This document shows, in pieces, positions 1 through 10,824 of a DNA stretch of 27,381 bases; the stretch's first letter is position 1; each line of letters begins with the position of its first letter. The position numbers were made by a program, and so were the translations under genes. Below the pieces are notes generated by a model. The model made no database searches, had not been told where the DNA came from, and saw only the letters and a program-made list of their open reading frames with translations. The DNA is taken from positions 1 through 27,381 of the forward strand of contig NW_021833355.1 in assembly GCF_006345805.1 (NCBI RefSeq). The letters run 5' to 3'. This DNA is from Octopus sinensis (Eukaryota).

Positions 1-205
1 CGGCATCATGGCTCTGTTTCCATCTGATCACAGTCTCTGCAATGAATGAACACCACTAAATCACATGATGTGAAGCAACCTGTGACAGTGTGATAAACAG
101 ATATATTTCATTCCCCCCGGTTGTTCTATGTTAATAAATGATATATCACACAGAATCTCGAGGGTAACGCAGAGATGTATTAGACTGTTAAGCTGACGCG
201 CAGAG

Positions 206-293
206 GGAGAGACAGAGAGAGTGAGAAACGGACGGACAGAGAGGGGGCGAGGGAGAGAGGAGCAGAGGAAAATGGAGGGGGAGATACGAAGAT

Positions 294-325
<32 letters not shown>

Positions 326-357
326 GAGAGAGAGAGGAGAGAGAGAGAGAGAGAGAG
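206..357. repeat. Purine-rich tract ending in (GA)n microsatellite
   Basis: Direct reading: gagagagagga... units, purest at ~295-357. Confidence 0.9.
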
Positions 358-639
358 GTGACATGGTTTATCTGACTGTGACGTGAACCTGTTACTCTCA
401 GCTAAATGTCTTCCCGCAAGATGTTTGTCATCACCCGGGGTTTTTTCTTGGTTTTTTTATTACTTTTTGTGAAGCAGCAGCAGCAGCCACTCCGTCATCC
501 CCCACCACTACTATTACCACAATAGTCGTAGTAGTAATGGTGATGGTGGTGGTGGTGTTTCACGCGAGAAGCGCTGTTAGTGACATTGGCGGACTTTAAG
601 TCAGCTTCTGGCAGCTAACCGTAACCCTGCACGCAAAGC

Positions 640-1760
640 ACACACGCATACACACATACACACATATTCACACATATTCACACTGATCTACGTCATCATA
701 CACCCTTTAAAATCTACACATACACATACATACACATACACATACACACACACATACACACACATACACACACACACACGCATACACACACACATATACA
801 CACATATTCACACTGATCTACGTCGTCATACACCTCTACATATACACATACACACACATACACACATATACACATACACACACATACACACATATACACA
901 TACACAAACATACACACACATACACACACACACATACACACATACACACACTGATCTACGTCGTCACACACCCTTTAAAATCTACACATACACACACACA
1001 CACATACACATACACACACACTACACACACATACACACATACACACACACACATACACACATACACACACTGATCTACGTCGTCACACACCCTTTAAAAT
1101 CTACACATACACACACACACACACATACACACACACTACACACACATACACACATACACACACACACATACACACATACACACACTGATCTACGTCGTCA
1201 CACACCCTTTAAAATCTACACATACACACACACACACATACACATACACACACATACACACACAACACACACATAACACACACATACACACATACACACA
1301 CTGATCTACGTCGTCATACACCCTTTAAAATCTACACATACACACACACACACATACACATACACACACATACACACACACTACACACACATACACACAT
1401 ACACACACACACATATACACATATTCACACTGATCTACGTTGTCATACACACATTTATAATACACACACATACACACATATATACATACACACACATACA
1501 CATATATACACACACACTACACACACATACACACACACACGCATACACACACACATACACACATATTCACACTGATCTACATTGTCATACACCCTTTAAA
1601 ATCTACACATACACACATATATACATACACACACACACATTACACACACATACACACACATACACACACATACACACACTGATCTACGTCATCATACACC
1701 CTTTAAAATCTACACATACACATACACACACATACACACATACACACATACACACACACG
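640..1760. repeat. Compound minisatellite: 9 copies of a ~35-bp core (ctgatctacgtcgtcatacaccctttaaaatcta) separated by (CA)/(CATA) tracts
   Basis: Core starts at ~683, 813, 951, 1070, 1185, 1301, 1430, 1572, 1679; period 107-142 bp. Confidence 0.92.
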
Positions 1761-2147
1761 ATGTGTGCTGCTGTTACACGTTTAAATAGTTCCTTTAGTG
1801 CTGCTCAGCCAGACCTCTTCCCTTACCATCTCTATCTCTCCTCCTCCTCCTCCTCTCTCTCTCTTTAACGTCTAGCCCCTTTTTTTCTGTCTGTCTGTCT
1901 GCCCTGCCCACCCCTCTCTTTCTCTCAATCTCCCTCTTCTTCTCCCTCGCTCTCTCTCTCTCTCTCTTTGTAATGTATTGCTTACCTTAAAAGTTGGGAC
2001 TTTCGTGCTGTCTGTGAACGTGTTTCTTCATCATTGGGGAAAAAGTTAAGAGAAAAGTAAATGGACCTCAAGTGGTGTCGACGATGATCATCCCAGCTAA
2101 CTGGATGACGTCTGCGCACACTTGTACATTTTTTTACTGTAATGGAC

Positions 2148-2462
2148 GTGTGTGTGAGTGTGTGTGTGTGTGTGTTTGTGTGTGTGAGTGTGTGTGTGTG
2201 TGAGAGTGTGTGTGAGTGAGTGTGTGTGTGTGTGTTTGTGTGTGAGTGTGTGTATGTTTGTGTGTGTGTGTGAGAGTGTGTGTGTATGTTTGTGTGTGTG
2301 TGTGTGTTTGTGCGTGAGTGTGTGTGAGTGTGTGTGTGTGTGTGTGTGAGTGTTAGTGTGTGTGTTTGTGCGTGAGTGTGTGTGTGTGTGAGTGTTTGTG
2401 TGAGTGTGTGTGTGTGTATGAGTGTTCGTGTGTGTGTGTTTGTGCGTGAGTGTGTGTGTGTG
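2148..2462. repeat. Imperfect (TG)n microsatellite
   Basis: Direct reading; source of the His/Thr and Cys/Val pseudo-ORFs. Confidence 0.95.
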
Positions 2463-2595
2463 CATGCCCATGTGCACGCGGGCGCGTGTGTTTCGAAAGA
2501 AGCAGCGAAACTTGGAAATGACAACTTTCTCCCTTTAAAATTAAATGTGATACTCTTTTACACACACACTCTCTCTCTCTCTCTCTCTCTCTTCC

Positions 2596-2778
2596 TTTAC
2601 AATTTTACTTGTTTCCGTCATTTGACTGCGGCCATGCTGGAGCACCGCCTTTAGTCGAACAAATCGACCCCCCCCCCGGGACTTATTCTTTGTAAGCCTA
2701 GTACTTATTCTATCGGTTTTCTTTTGCCGAACCGCTAAGTTACGGGGACGTAAACACACCAGCATCGCATGTCAAGCG
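2596..2778 (-). mobile_element. SINE family A, 5'-truncated 3' part
   Basis: Reverse complement of the A tail (ctccagcatggccgcagtcaaatgacggaaacaagtaaaa) up to acacaccagcatcg. Confidence 0.9.
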
Positions 2779-2962
2779 CATGTTAATTTCCGCTGGTCAA
2801 CTGGAATCCTCGTCGTCGAAACTGACGGAGGACCAGTTTCATTTCCCTAACAGTAAAGCAACTGGAACATGAAGATGCTTTTGCGCCAATTCTCTTCTTC
2901 AATCGGCAGAGATTGCAGCTTATGACCGTCTCGCATTTTAGAGGCATTCACACTACATTATA

Positions 2963-3363
2963 TACTCTTTTTACTTGTTTCAGTCATTCGACTGCGGCCA
3001 TGCTGGAGCACAGCCTTTAATCGAGTAATTCGACCCCGGGACTTATTCTTTTGTAATCCTAGTACTTATTTATCGGTCTCTTTTGCCGAACCGCTAAGTG
3101 ACGGGGACATAAACACACCAGCATCGGTTGTCAAGCAATGCTAGGGGACAAACACACACACACAAACACACACACGCATATATATATATATATATACATA
3201 TATACGACGGGCTTCTTTCAGTTTCCGTCTACCAAATCCACTCACAAGGCTTTGGTCGGCCTGAGGCTATAGTAGAAGACACTTGCCCAAGGTGCCACGC
3301 AGTGGGACTGAACCCGGAACCATGTGGTTGGTAGACAAGCTACTTACCACACAGCCACTCCTG
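2963..3363 (-). mobile_element. SINE family A, near full length (tRNA-derived head, internal (TA)/(TG) microsatellite, GAGTAAAA-type tail); possibly the octopus OK-type SINE
   Basis: Head has A-box-like TGGCTGTGTGG and B-box-like GGTTCAGTCC; highly similar to the copies at 16536 and 18339. Family name is recalled, not verified. Confidence 0.92.
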
Positions 3364-4013
3364 TATTTTGTTTTCACCTTTTCGTCTTTTAAAATGGCAA
3401 TATATTGATTTGAGGAAATTTTGGCAGCTATTTCTACCAGATAGAACGACTACAAGGACGTTCCCTCGTTATCTCGTGTATGCTTGAGTTTGCGTACGAA
3501 GAGGCTGATGTGAAATTAAATACGGTTGCTAAGTTGAGACATATTGCAGTTTGTGCAAAAATTAGTGTGACAAACGAAGGTAAACAAAAAAAGCTGCCTC
3601 TAATTCATCTGTCACAACACCCTCCTTATCACCCTTACGAATCTTAAGTTTTTGTCTTAACATTAATCGTATGGTCGCGTTAAGTGGGTGACACCCCTGC
3701 AGTTATATATATATATATGACAGCCATGTGTATGTAGGTTGTCTTTTTCTTTTTTTCTTTTTAATCAAGAATTCTTATAAACAAAAAGCTGGGTCCTAAC
3801 AAAGCTACAACACTGGAATTAAGATGGCAGCAACAGTAAAATGTTACATGTTGAATTTTAAAGATGTCGTTATATTTTACTTTTCTACTTACCGACTGAC
3901 TGTGAAGTACGCTGTTATCTTTGGTCACTGCTTTTGTCTGAAACTCCCTAACTTTTCCAGATATACACTCAGACATTTACTAACATATGTATGTATGTAT
4001 GTGTGTATGTATG

Positions 4014-4790
4014 AATCCCACTCACTAAGCAACAGCAGCCATAATCCGAAAAGAAGAACAAGTCAACATCATCGGTAAACACTGAGCCGCAGATTTTATG
4101 TCGTTACCTTCTCCTAGAAGGATGCCCTAACAAAGGCTAGGAGTCCTTCTCTCCCAATGGTTTAACCGCGCGATCGGGTATTTAGTCCGATTATTTCAAT
4201 GGCCCCGCGCATGATACAGCCTTAAGGCATTTATTGGATGGCCGTTGACTCTCGAGAATTCCTCCGCCCTTTGACGGGTTTTGTTTTTCATCCCGCAGAG
4301 TATCCAATAAACACCCTCATGTATGTATGTTATGTCAGGTCACTTTTCAGTGTTACAGGTAACACGTAACCCAGTGCAACCTGTTGCATGGTCGGGTCGT
4401 CGGCGACTAAACCGGCAACCCCACCAAGCTTGCTTGGTGAGGAGGGTGTTTATTGGACATCCTGCGGGTGAAAAACAAAACCCGTCAAAGGGCGGAGGAA
4501 CTCTTGAGAGTCAACGGCCATCCAATAAATGTGTTTTATTTTATTTTTTTTTTAGGCTTAAGGCTGTATCATGAACGGGGCCATAGAAATAATCGGACTG
4601 AATACCCGATCGCGCGGTTAAACCATTGGGAGTGAAGGACTCCTAGCCTTTGTTAGGGCATCCTTCTAGGAGAAGGTAACTCAGGTAACTGGGATAACTC
4701 CGACATAAAACCTGCGGCTCAGTGGTTACCGATGATGTTGACTTGTTCTTCCTTTCGGATTATGGCTGCTGTTGCTTAGTGAGTGCGATT
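4014..4790. repeat. Inverted duplication (arms 4014-4318 and 4442-4790) of a putative non-LTR retrotransposon 5' region
   Basis: Arms are reverse complements (e.g. ccttctcctagaaggatgccctaacaaaggctagg / cctagcctttgttagggcatccttctaggagaagg). The ctaggagaaggtaactc motif resembles RTE-clade 5' UTRs from memory (tentative). Confidence 0.85.
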
Positions 4791-5004
4791 GACTCAGTGC
4801 ACAGCCTTTCCTCACTTTAAAAAAGTATCTTCTTGCACAGGCATTGCACGATAACAACATTGATTAAGCTTCATGCAATGGCCATACTCGATAACGAGGG
4901 GGCAGCCACCATGTATGTATGTATGGATGGATGGATGGATGGATGTATTATGTATGTATGTATGTATGTATGTATGTATGTATGCATGTATGTATGTATG
5001 TATG

Positions 5005-5070
5005 TCATTTTTCAATTTTATTTCAAGATTTCTTGTCAATATAGAGAGAGCCAAGGCTCCTAGGTATTTT
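5005..5070 (-). mobile_element. Short retroelement 3'-end fragment embedded in (TATG)n
   Basis: gatttcttgtcaatatagagagagccaaggctcct resembles gaatttctcatcaatgaagaaagagcaggttcct at ~7310 and ~9350; flanked by TATG repeats. Confidence 0.5.
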
Positions 5071-5086
5071 TGTATGTATATATGTA

Positions 5087-5141
5087 TACTCTTTTACTTG
5101 TTTCAGTCACTTAACTGTGGCCATGCTGGAGCACCGCCTTT
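5087..5141 (-). mobile_element. SINE family A tail fragment
   Basis: tactcttttacttgtttcagtcacttaactgtggccatgctggagcaccgccttt. Confidence 0.85.
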
Positions 5142-5516
5142 AAAGGTTGGAGTTCAATTATATCAAATAGGCTGCCAGCCGACGGCTATTCACAGGTGCG
5201 ATCCCATTACTTCTCGACACGGGGTCTTTTGCCTGCTGCGTTTCCGCCCTGGGCCGCAGCGACCCTCCTTAGACAACCTGGTCCTGATGAGCTCCCTCTC
5301 CAACATCATATTGATGCCGAGCTTAGCGCGGACACCCGATCACCGTAGAAGACCGACTACCAGGACTCCCATCCTCAAACCGGCCAACCAACCAAGTCAC
5401 CGAGTAGCTGGATTCCAGGAGCACACCACAACTCCCAGATACGTGCAGATTTGTGTTTTGTTTTATTTATGTCTTCTCATACATAAAGTTGCGTATCTGG
5501 ACATGCTCATATATAC

Positions 5517-5843
5517 TTAAATGATAAACTTCTGGAAAGTTTTACAGATTTTCACAGTTCCTGTGATGGATTGGATCTGTAGGCTTAGAAACAGCTCTCT
5601 CCTTTCTGGTTTCAAGAGGCTCAATTTCTCAAGATTAGTATTTAGGCAGTGTGTTACATATCCCAGTACTCCAGTAATTACAGGTATAAACCTGAACTTG
5701 CAATCTGTATAGAGTAACTGCAGATTTCTCAAGAGTTCAGCGTAGGTATTCTCTTTTTCACTGATCTTCAGCTTTATGTTAATATCCGCTGGGTAACTGA
5801 TTTCCACAACTGTACACAGTTTCTCTTCTCTATCCCAAAACCC
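5517..5843 (-). pseudogene. C-terminal restriction-like endonuclease (RLE) region of an R4/Dong-like non-LTR retrotransposon, 5'-truncated
   Basis: WDREEKLCTVVEISYPADINIKLKISEKENTYAELLRNL...FRFIPVITGVLGYV fits the (D/E)-x-x-x-P...K..KY..L...IPVIIGALG pattern of RLE-clade ORF ends; stop at 5517; truncation abuts TATG/TGGA repeat. Confidence 0.75.
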
Positions 5844-5896
5844 ATATGTATGTATGGATGGATGGATGTATGTATATATGGATGGATGGATGGATG

Positions 5897-6147
5897 TTCT
5901 CATTCTCTTTTTAATTTTGGAGTAAATCTTGACCAACCACCTACTTGAGAGCAAGGTTTGAAGGAAAGTATCACCTCTTAACCATCATCCTTTAAATCTT
6001 AAGAAGGCCTTGAATGTTTTTATAATCCCAAATATTGTGACCATTTGTAACATATGAATTAAGGATTTGCATTCTCTCCCCAAGACCCCAAGTTTAGCCA
6101 TACTTTGCTCCAGATAGGTTGGTATGTATCTTGTTGCTTCAATAAGA
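5897..6147 (-). mobile_element. Second, divergent R4/Dong-like ORF end plus 3' UTR
   Basis: YIPTYLEQSMAKLGVLGRECKSLIHMLQMVTIFGIIKTFKAFLRF parallels YVTHCLNTNLEKLSLLKPERRELFLSLQIQSITGTVKICKTFQKF; both ends lie in microsatellite. Confidence 0.65.
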
Positions 6148-7279
6148 TATGTGTATTTATGTATGTATGTATGTATGTATGTATGTGTATGTATGTATGT
6201 ATGCATGTATGTATGTATGTATGTATGTATGTATGTATGTATGTATGTATGTATGTATGTATGTGTGTATGTATGTAGGTAGGTATGCATGTACGTATGT
6301 ATGTAAGTTTGTATGTATGTATGTATGTATGTATGTATGTATGTATGTATGTATGTATGTATGTATACTCTTTTACTTGTTTCAGTCATTTGACTGTGGC
6401 CATGCTGGAGCACCGCCTTTAGTCGAGCAAGTCGACTTATTCTTTATAACCCTAGTACTTATTCTATCGGTTCTCTTTTGCCGAACCGCTAAGTTACGGG
6501 GACGTAAACACACCAGCATCGGTTGTCAAGCGATGTTGGGAGGACAGACACAAACACACATACAAATACACATACATATACATATATACGACGGGCTTCT
6601 TTCAGTTTCCGTCAACCAAATCCACTCACAAGGCTTTGGTCGGCCCGAGGCTATATTAGAAGACACTTGCCCAAGGTGTCACGCAGCGGAACTGAACCCG
6701 GAACCATGTGGTTGGTAAGCAAGCTACTTACCACACAGCCACTGCTACGCCTATATGTATGTATGTATGTATGTATGTATTGTATGTATGTATGTATGTA
6801 TGTATGTATGTATGTATGCATGTATGTATGCTTGTATGTATGTATGTAGGTATGTATGTATGTATGTATGCATGTATGTATGCTTGTATGTATGTGTATG
6901 TATGTATGTATGTATGCATGTATGTATGTATGCTTGTATGTATGTATGTATGTAGTATGTATGTATGTATGTATGTATGTATGTGTATGTATGTATGTAG
7001 CTTGTATGTATGTATGTATGTATGTTGTATGTATGTATGTGTATGTATGTATGCATGTAGGTATGCTTGTATGTATGTATGTATGTATGTATGTTGTATG
7101 TATGTATGTATGTATGTAGTATGTATGTATGTATGTTGTATGTATGTATGTATGTATGTATGTATGTATGTATGTATGTTGTATGTATGTATGGATGTAT
7201 GTATGTATGTATGCTTGTATGTATGTATGTATGTATGTATGTATGCTTGTATGTATGTATGTATGTATGTATGTATGTA
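6148..7279. repeat. (TATG)n microsatellite tracts (6148-6365, 6755-7279) interrupted by a SINE
   Basis: Direct reading. Confidence 0.95.
6366..6754 (-). mobile_element. SINE family A, full length, inserted in (TATG)n
   Basis: Complete tail-to-head match ending in cacagccactgctacgcctat. Confidence 0.93.
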
Positions 7280-7280
7280 T

Positions 7281-7402
7281 ATTTTCCTTTTCTTATTTAT
7301 TCCTTTTTAGAATTTCTCATCAATGAAGAAAGAGCAGGTTCCTCGTCTAAAAGCAAGGCTCTTTCATGAGAATCTAAACAGCATCAGCAAGGTAATCTTG
7401 AA
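7281..7402 (-). mobile_element. Retroelement 3'-end fragment next to (TATG)n; second copy at 9318-9394
   Basis: tttttagaattt(c/t)tcatcaatgaagaaagagcaggttcct..ctaaaagca shared by both loci, each directly after a TATG tract. Confidence 0.7.
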
Positions 7403-7479
7403 TGTATGTATGCCTGCACACTTGTATGCATATACATATGTGCCCACGCAAGGCATTATATCACTGTATCTTATTACAT

Positions 7480-7780
7480 GTTAATATCTTTGATAGCGTG
7501 TATAGTTCTAATCTTCTGATTAGGCGTGTTTTTCTGTGAAAATCCAACGTCCCAAAAGTGGTACTACGGCAGTTAGTCACGTAGGCAAGTTCTCCGATAA
7601 TTATTGATAAAAATCTTACACTATAATTCGAATGAAATAATTTTAGATCTCCTTTGGCTTTCGCTATGGAGTGTTTGTTCCTTTATCACTAAATTTAAAC
7701 ATTACGTTGACATCTGCTGGGCAATCGATTTCCTCCGTAGTTTCTTTTCTCAGTTTCAGATCATTATCTCTGGTCAGCAT
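7480..7780 (-). pseudogene. Highly decayed third copy of the RLE domain
   Basis: Manual minus-strand translation gives EEIDCPADVNVMFKFSDK and NYSVRFLSIIIGELAYVTNC, homologous to VEISYPADINIKLKISEK and DCKFRFIPVITGVLGYVTHC; stops and frameshifts present. Confidence 0.65.
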
Positions 7781-8136
7781 TCTCTAATATTATGCGTAGT
7801 TGTTCTCTCCAAGTCACTGCGCCTGTGATTTATGGTATTACTGTTATCATATAGCCAACAGACGGTCATTCATTTATCAAATAACAATTTAGTCGCTGTT
7901 ACTGAGTTCGCAACTCCACACACATGTATTCTATAATACGATTCCTTCTTCATTCCTCGCTTTCTCCGCCTGCGGCAGAATGTGCCCCCAGAATGAAATA
8001 ATTTACTTCCATAGTATTCGATCCTTGGCAAGAGCATTCAGGGCGCACTCCTGTCCACGACTATTGATGTGCCCTCGTAGTCGCCTGGCGAGGGTCCGGC
8101 ATTGTCCCCTTCTAATTAGAACCATAGAATCCCTTC

Positions 8137-8275
8137 TATTCTTTTATTCTTTTGCTTATTTCAGTCATTTGACTGCGGCGATACTGGAGCACCGCCTTTT
8201 TAGTCGAAAACAAAAACGACCCCAGGACTTTATTCTTTGTGTAAGCCCAATACTTATTCTACCGGTCTCTTTTGC
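8137..8275 (-). mobile_element. SINE family A, diverged 3' fragment
   Basis: ttcagtcatttgactgcggcgatactggagcaccgcctttt...cggtctcttttgc. Confidence 0.85.
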
Positions 8276-8826
8276 ATGTATGTATGTATGTATGTATGCA
8301 TCTATGTATGCATGTATGTATGTATGTATGTATGTATGTATGTATGTATGTATGTGTGTATGTATGTGTCTGTATGTATGTGTGTATGCATGTATGTATC
8401 TATGCATGTATGTATGCATGTATGTATGTATGCATGTATGCATGCATGTAAGTATGCATGTATGTATGTATGTATGCATGCATGTATGTATGTATGTATG
8501 CATGCATGTATGTATATATATATATGTGTGTATATGTATATATGTGCGTATGCATGTATACATGTATGTATGTATGTATGTATACATGCATGTACGTATG
8601 CAAGCATGTATGTATGCAAGCATGTATGTATGTATGCAAGTATGCATGTATGCATGTATGCCTGTATGTATGCAAGTATGTATGTATGTATGTATGCAAG
8701 TATGTATGTACACTGCATTTCATCCCCGCAGAGAAACAATCATGAGTGTTGTTTATATTTATGTTTATGTTTATGTTGTTGTCGTCGTCGTCGTCGTCGT
8801 TTGTTGCTGTTGTTGTTGTTGTTGTT
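8276..8826. repeat. (TATG/CATG)n tract followed by (TTTATG)/(GTC)/(GTT) short repeats
   Basis: Direct reading. Confidence 0.9.
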
Positions 8827-9508
8827 AAAGCGGTGAAGTTGTGGAATCAGTACAGCATCAAACACAACGTGAACATACAAGCTCTTTCCATTCAGTGCGC
8901 TCAAACTGATTCAGGTAGTGTTGTGCTTTTAAGTGGGGCGTAGTAGTTTTAAAAAAAGTTAAGGACTAAATGCCGAGACAGACAGACAGACAGACTGATA
9001 ACTAACCAGACAGACAGACTGATGGAAAGTGGTGTTAAAGACAGAAGACGTCATGGATATAGAAAGTGAATCATTCGAGAAATTACTTACGGCTCTTTAT
9101 CTCAAGTGTCCGGCGATTTGTAAGAAGGTCAAAGGACAAATTGCACTTATTGGTCAAGTGGCCAATATGCCATTGAGCTGGCCTTTGTGTTTTACTAAAC
9201 ACAATTCGGCTTTGGCTGATGTAACAACTGCTGACCTCTTTCACACGGAAAGATGCGATCAGCTTTTGTATGTATGTATGTATGTATGTATGTATGCATG
9301 TATGTATGTATGTATGTAGTTTTTCTGTTCTTTTTTATTCTTTTTTTAGAATTTTTCATCAATGAAGAAAGAGCAGGTTCCTTGCCTAAAAGCATGTTGG
9401 CGAGTTGGCAGAGTTGTTAGAGTGTCTCGGATAGAAAGGCCTTGAGATATTCCAAGTCCTCAAGCTCTGGGGTTCACTTCACCGTTCTTCCATCCGGAAG
9501 TTCATTGA

Positions 9509-9586
9509 CTCAAAGCAGAGACTGAAGGATTTTGAATTGCAGCACAAGACCAAAGCCTCCTCACCAGAAATTACCAAAAGCATATA
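9509..9586 (+). pseudogene. R4/Dong-like ORF fragment (region upstream of the zinc knuckle)
   Basis: Translates LKAETEGF*IAAQDQSLLTRNYQKHI, matching the ETEG..IA.QDQ...TRNY motif of RLE-clade elements. Confidence 0.65.
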
Positions 9587-9998
9587 TATTTCTTTACTAC
9601 CCACAAGGGGCTAAACACAGAGGGGACAAACAAGGACAGACAAAGGGATTAAGTCGATTACATCGACCCCAGTGCGTAACTGGTACTTAATTTATCGACC
9701 CCGAAAGGATGAAAGGCAAAGTCGACCTCGACGGAATTTGAACTCAGAACGTAGCGGCAGACGAAATACCTATTTCTTTACTACCCACAAGGGGCTAAAC
9801 ACAGAGAGGACAAACAAGGACAGACAAAGGGATTAAGTCGATTACATCGACCCCAGTGCGTAACTGGTACTTAATTTATCGACCCCGAAAGGATGAAAGG
9901 CAAAGTCGACCTCGACGGAATTTGAACTCGGAACGTAACGACAGACGAAATACGGCTACGCAGGTCGCCCGGCGTGCTAACGTTTCTGCCAGCTCGCC
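9587..9998 (-). mobile_element. SINE family B: head + 2 tandem 184-bp units
   Basis: Units start at 9587 and 9771; head ends ...gccagctcgcc; probable TSD ccaaaagcatata (9574-9586) / ccaaaaacatata (9997-10009). Confidence 0.92.
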
Positions 9999-10147
9999 AA
10001 AAACATATAGCGAATGGCTATGGAGGTCCAGCAGAGAGGAATGAAAGGGTCCATAAAGGGTCCAGAAAAAAAAGGGTTGAAAACCGCAACTTTAAGCTAA
10101 TTGTAATCGTTTATTTCTTGAATAGAAACAGTTTGAAAAGTAGCCAC

Positions 10148-10824
10148 TCTCTTTACTCTTTTACTCTTTTACTTGTTTCAGTCATTTGACTGCGGCCATG
10201 CTGGAGCACCGCCTTTTAGTCGAGAAAATCGACCCCCGGGACTTATTCTTTTGTAAGCCTAGTACTTATTCTATCGGTTCTCTTTTGCCGAACCGCTGAG
10301 TGACGGGGACGTAAACACACCAGCATCGGTTGTCAGGCAATGCTAGGGGGACAAACACAGACGCACAAACATACACACACATACATATATATCGCCATGT
10401 TGATTCGCTAGCTTCTGCACACATTTTTTTTCTCTCCTTCTTTCTGTGTTTTTTCTCTGTGTATCTTTCTGTTGAAGAGCGTAAGCTCGAAACGTTAAAG
10501 ACTTGTTTTATTTATATTTCCTGAGCGCCATACTAATACAATTGTTTGTTTGTATTCCACCTGCCTTCGTCTTTTGTTTATTTCCGTAAACCTGCCTTCG
10601 TCTTTTGTCTATTTTCATAAAGCTTCCCGTTATATATATATATATATATACATATATACGACAGGCTTCTTTCAGTTTCCGTCTACCAAATCCACTCACA
10701 AGGCATTGGTCGGCCCGGGGCTATAGCAGAATACATTTGCCCAAGATGCCACGCAGTGGGACTGAACCCGGAACCATGTGGTTGGTTAGCAAGCTACTTA
10801 CCACACAGCCACTCCTGCGCCTAT
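10148..10824 (-). mobile_element. SINE family A, full length, with a ~240-bp insertion in its internal microsatellite
   Basis: Tail 10148-10390 and head 10632-10824 are colinear with other A copies. Confidence 0.92.
10393..10631 (+). mobile_element. Putative Penelope-like element terminal-repeat fragment with a hammerhead-like motif
   Basis: Inserted in (TA)n; contains tcttt-CTGTTGA-a-GAGC-gtaa-GCTC-GAAAC-GTT-aaaga at 10464-10501; internal duplication of acctgccttcgtcttttgt. Confidence 0.55.

Noticed and set aside
680-1715. CRISPR-like repeat/spacer appearance
   Set aside because: Spacers are 70-110 bp of low-complexity CA repeat, not unique sequence; no cas genes; eukaryotic context.
5281-5333. 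CTGATGAG followed by a GCTC/GAGC stem (hammerhead-like)
   Set aside because: The essential GAAA after stem II is missing (TTAG instead).
9029-9319. 96-aa ORF with a non-repetitive N-terminus
   Set aside because: No recognisable motif, GTG start, runs into microsatellite; probably an unidentified TE scrap.
714-9395. Numerous ORFs rich in MYVC, HT, CV or HTYI
   Set aside because: Stop-free translations of (TG)n, (CA)n and (TATG)n microsatellites.
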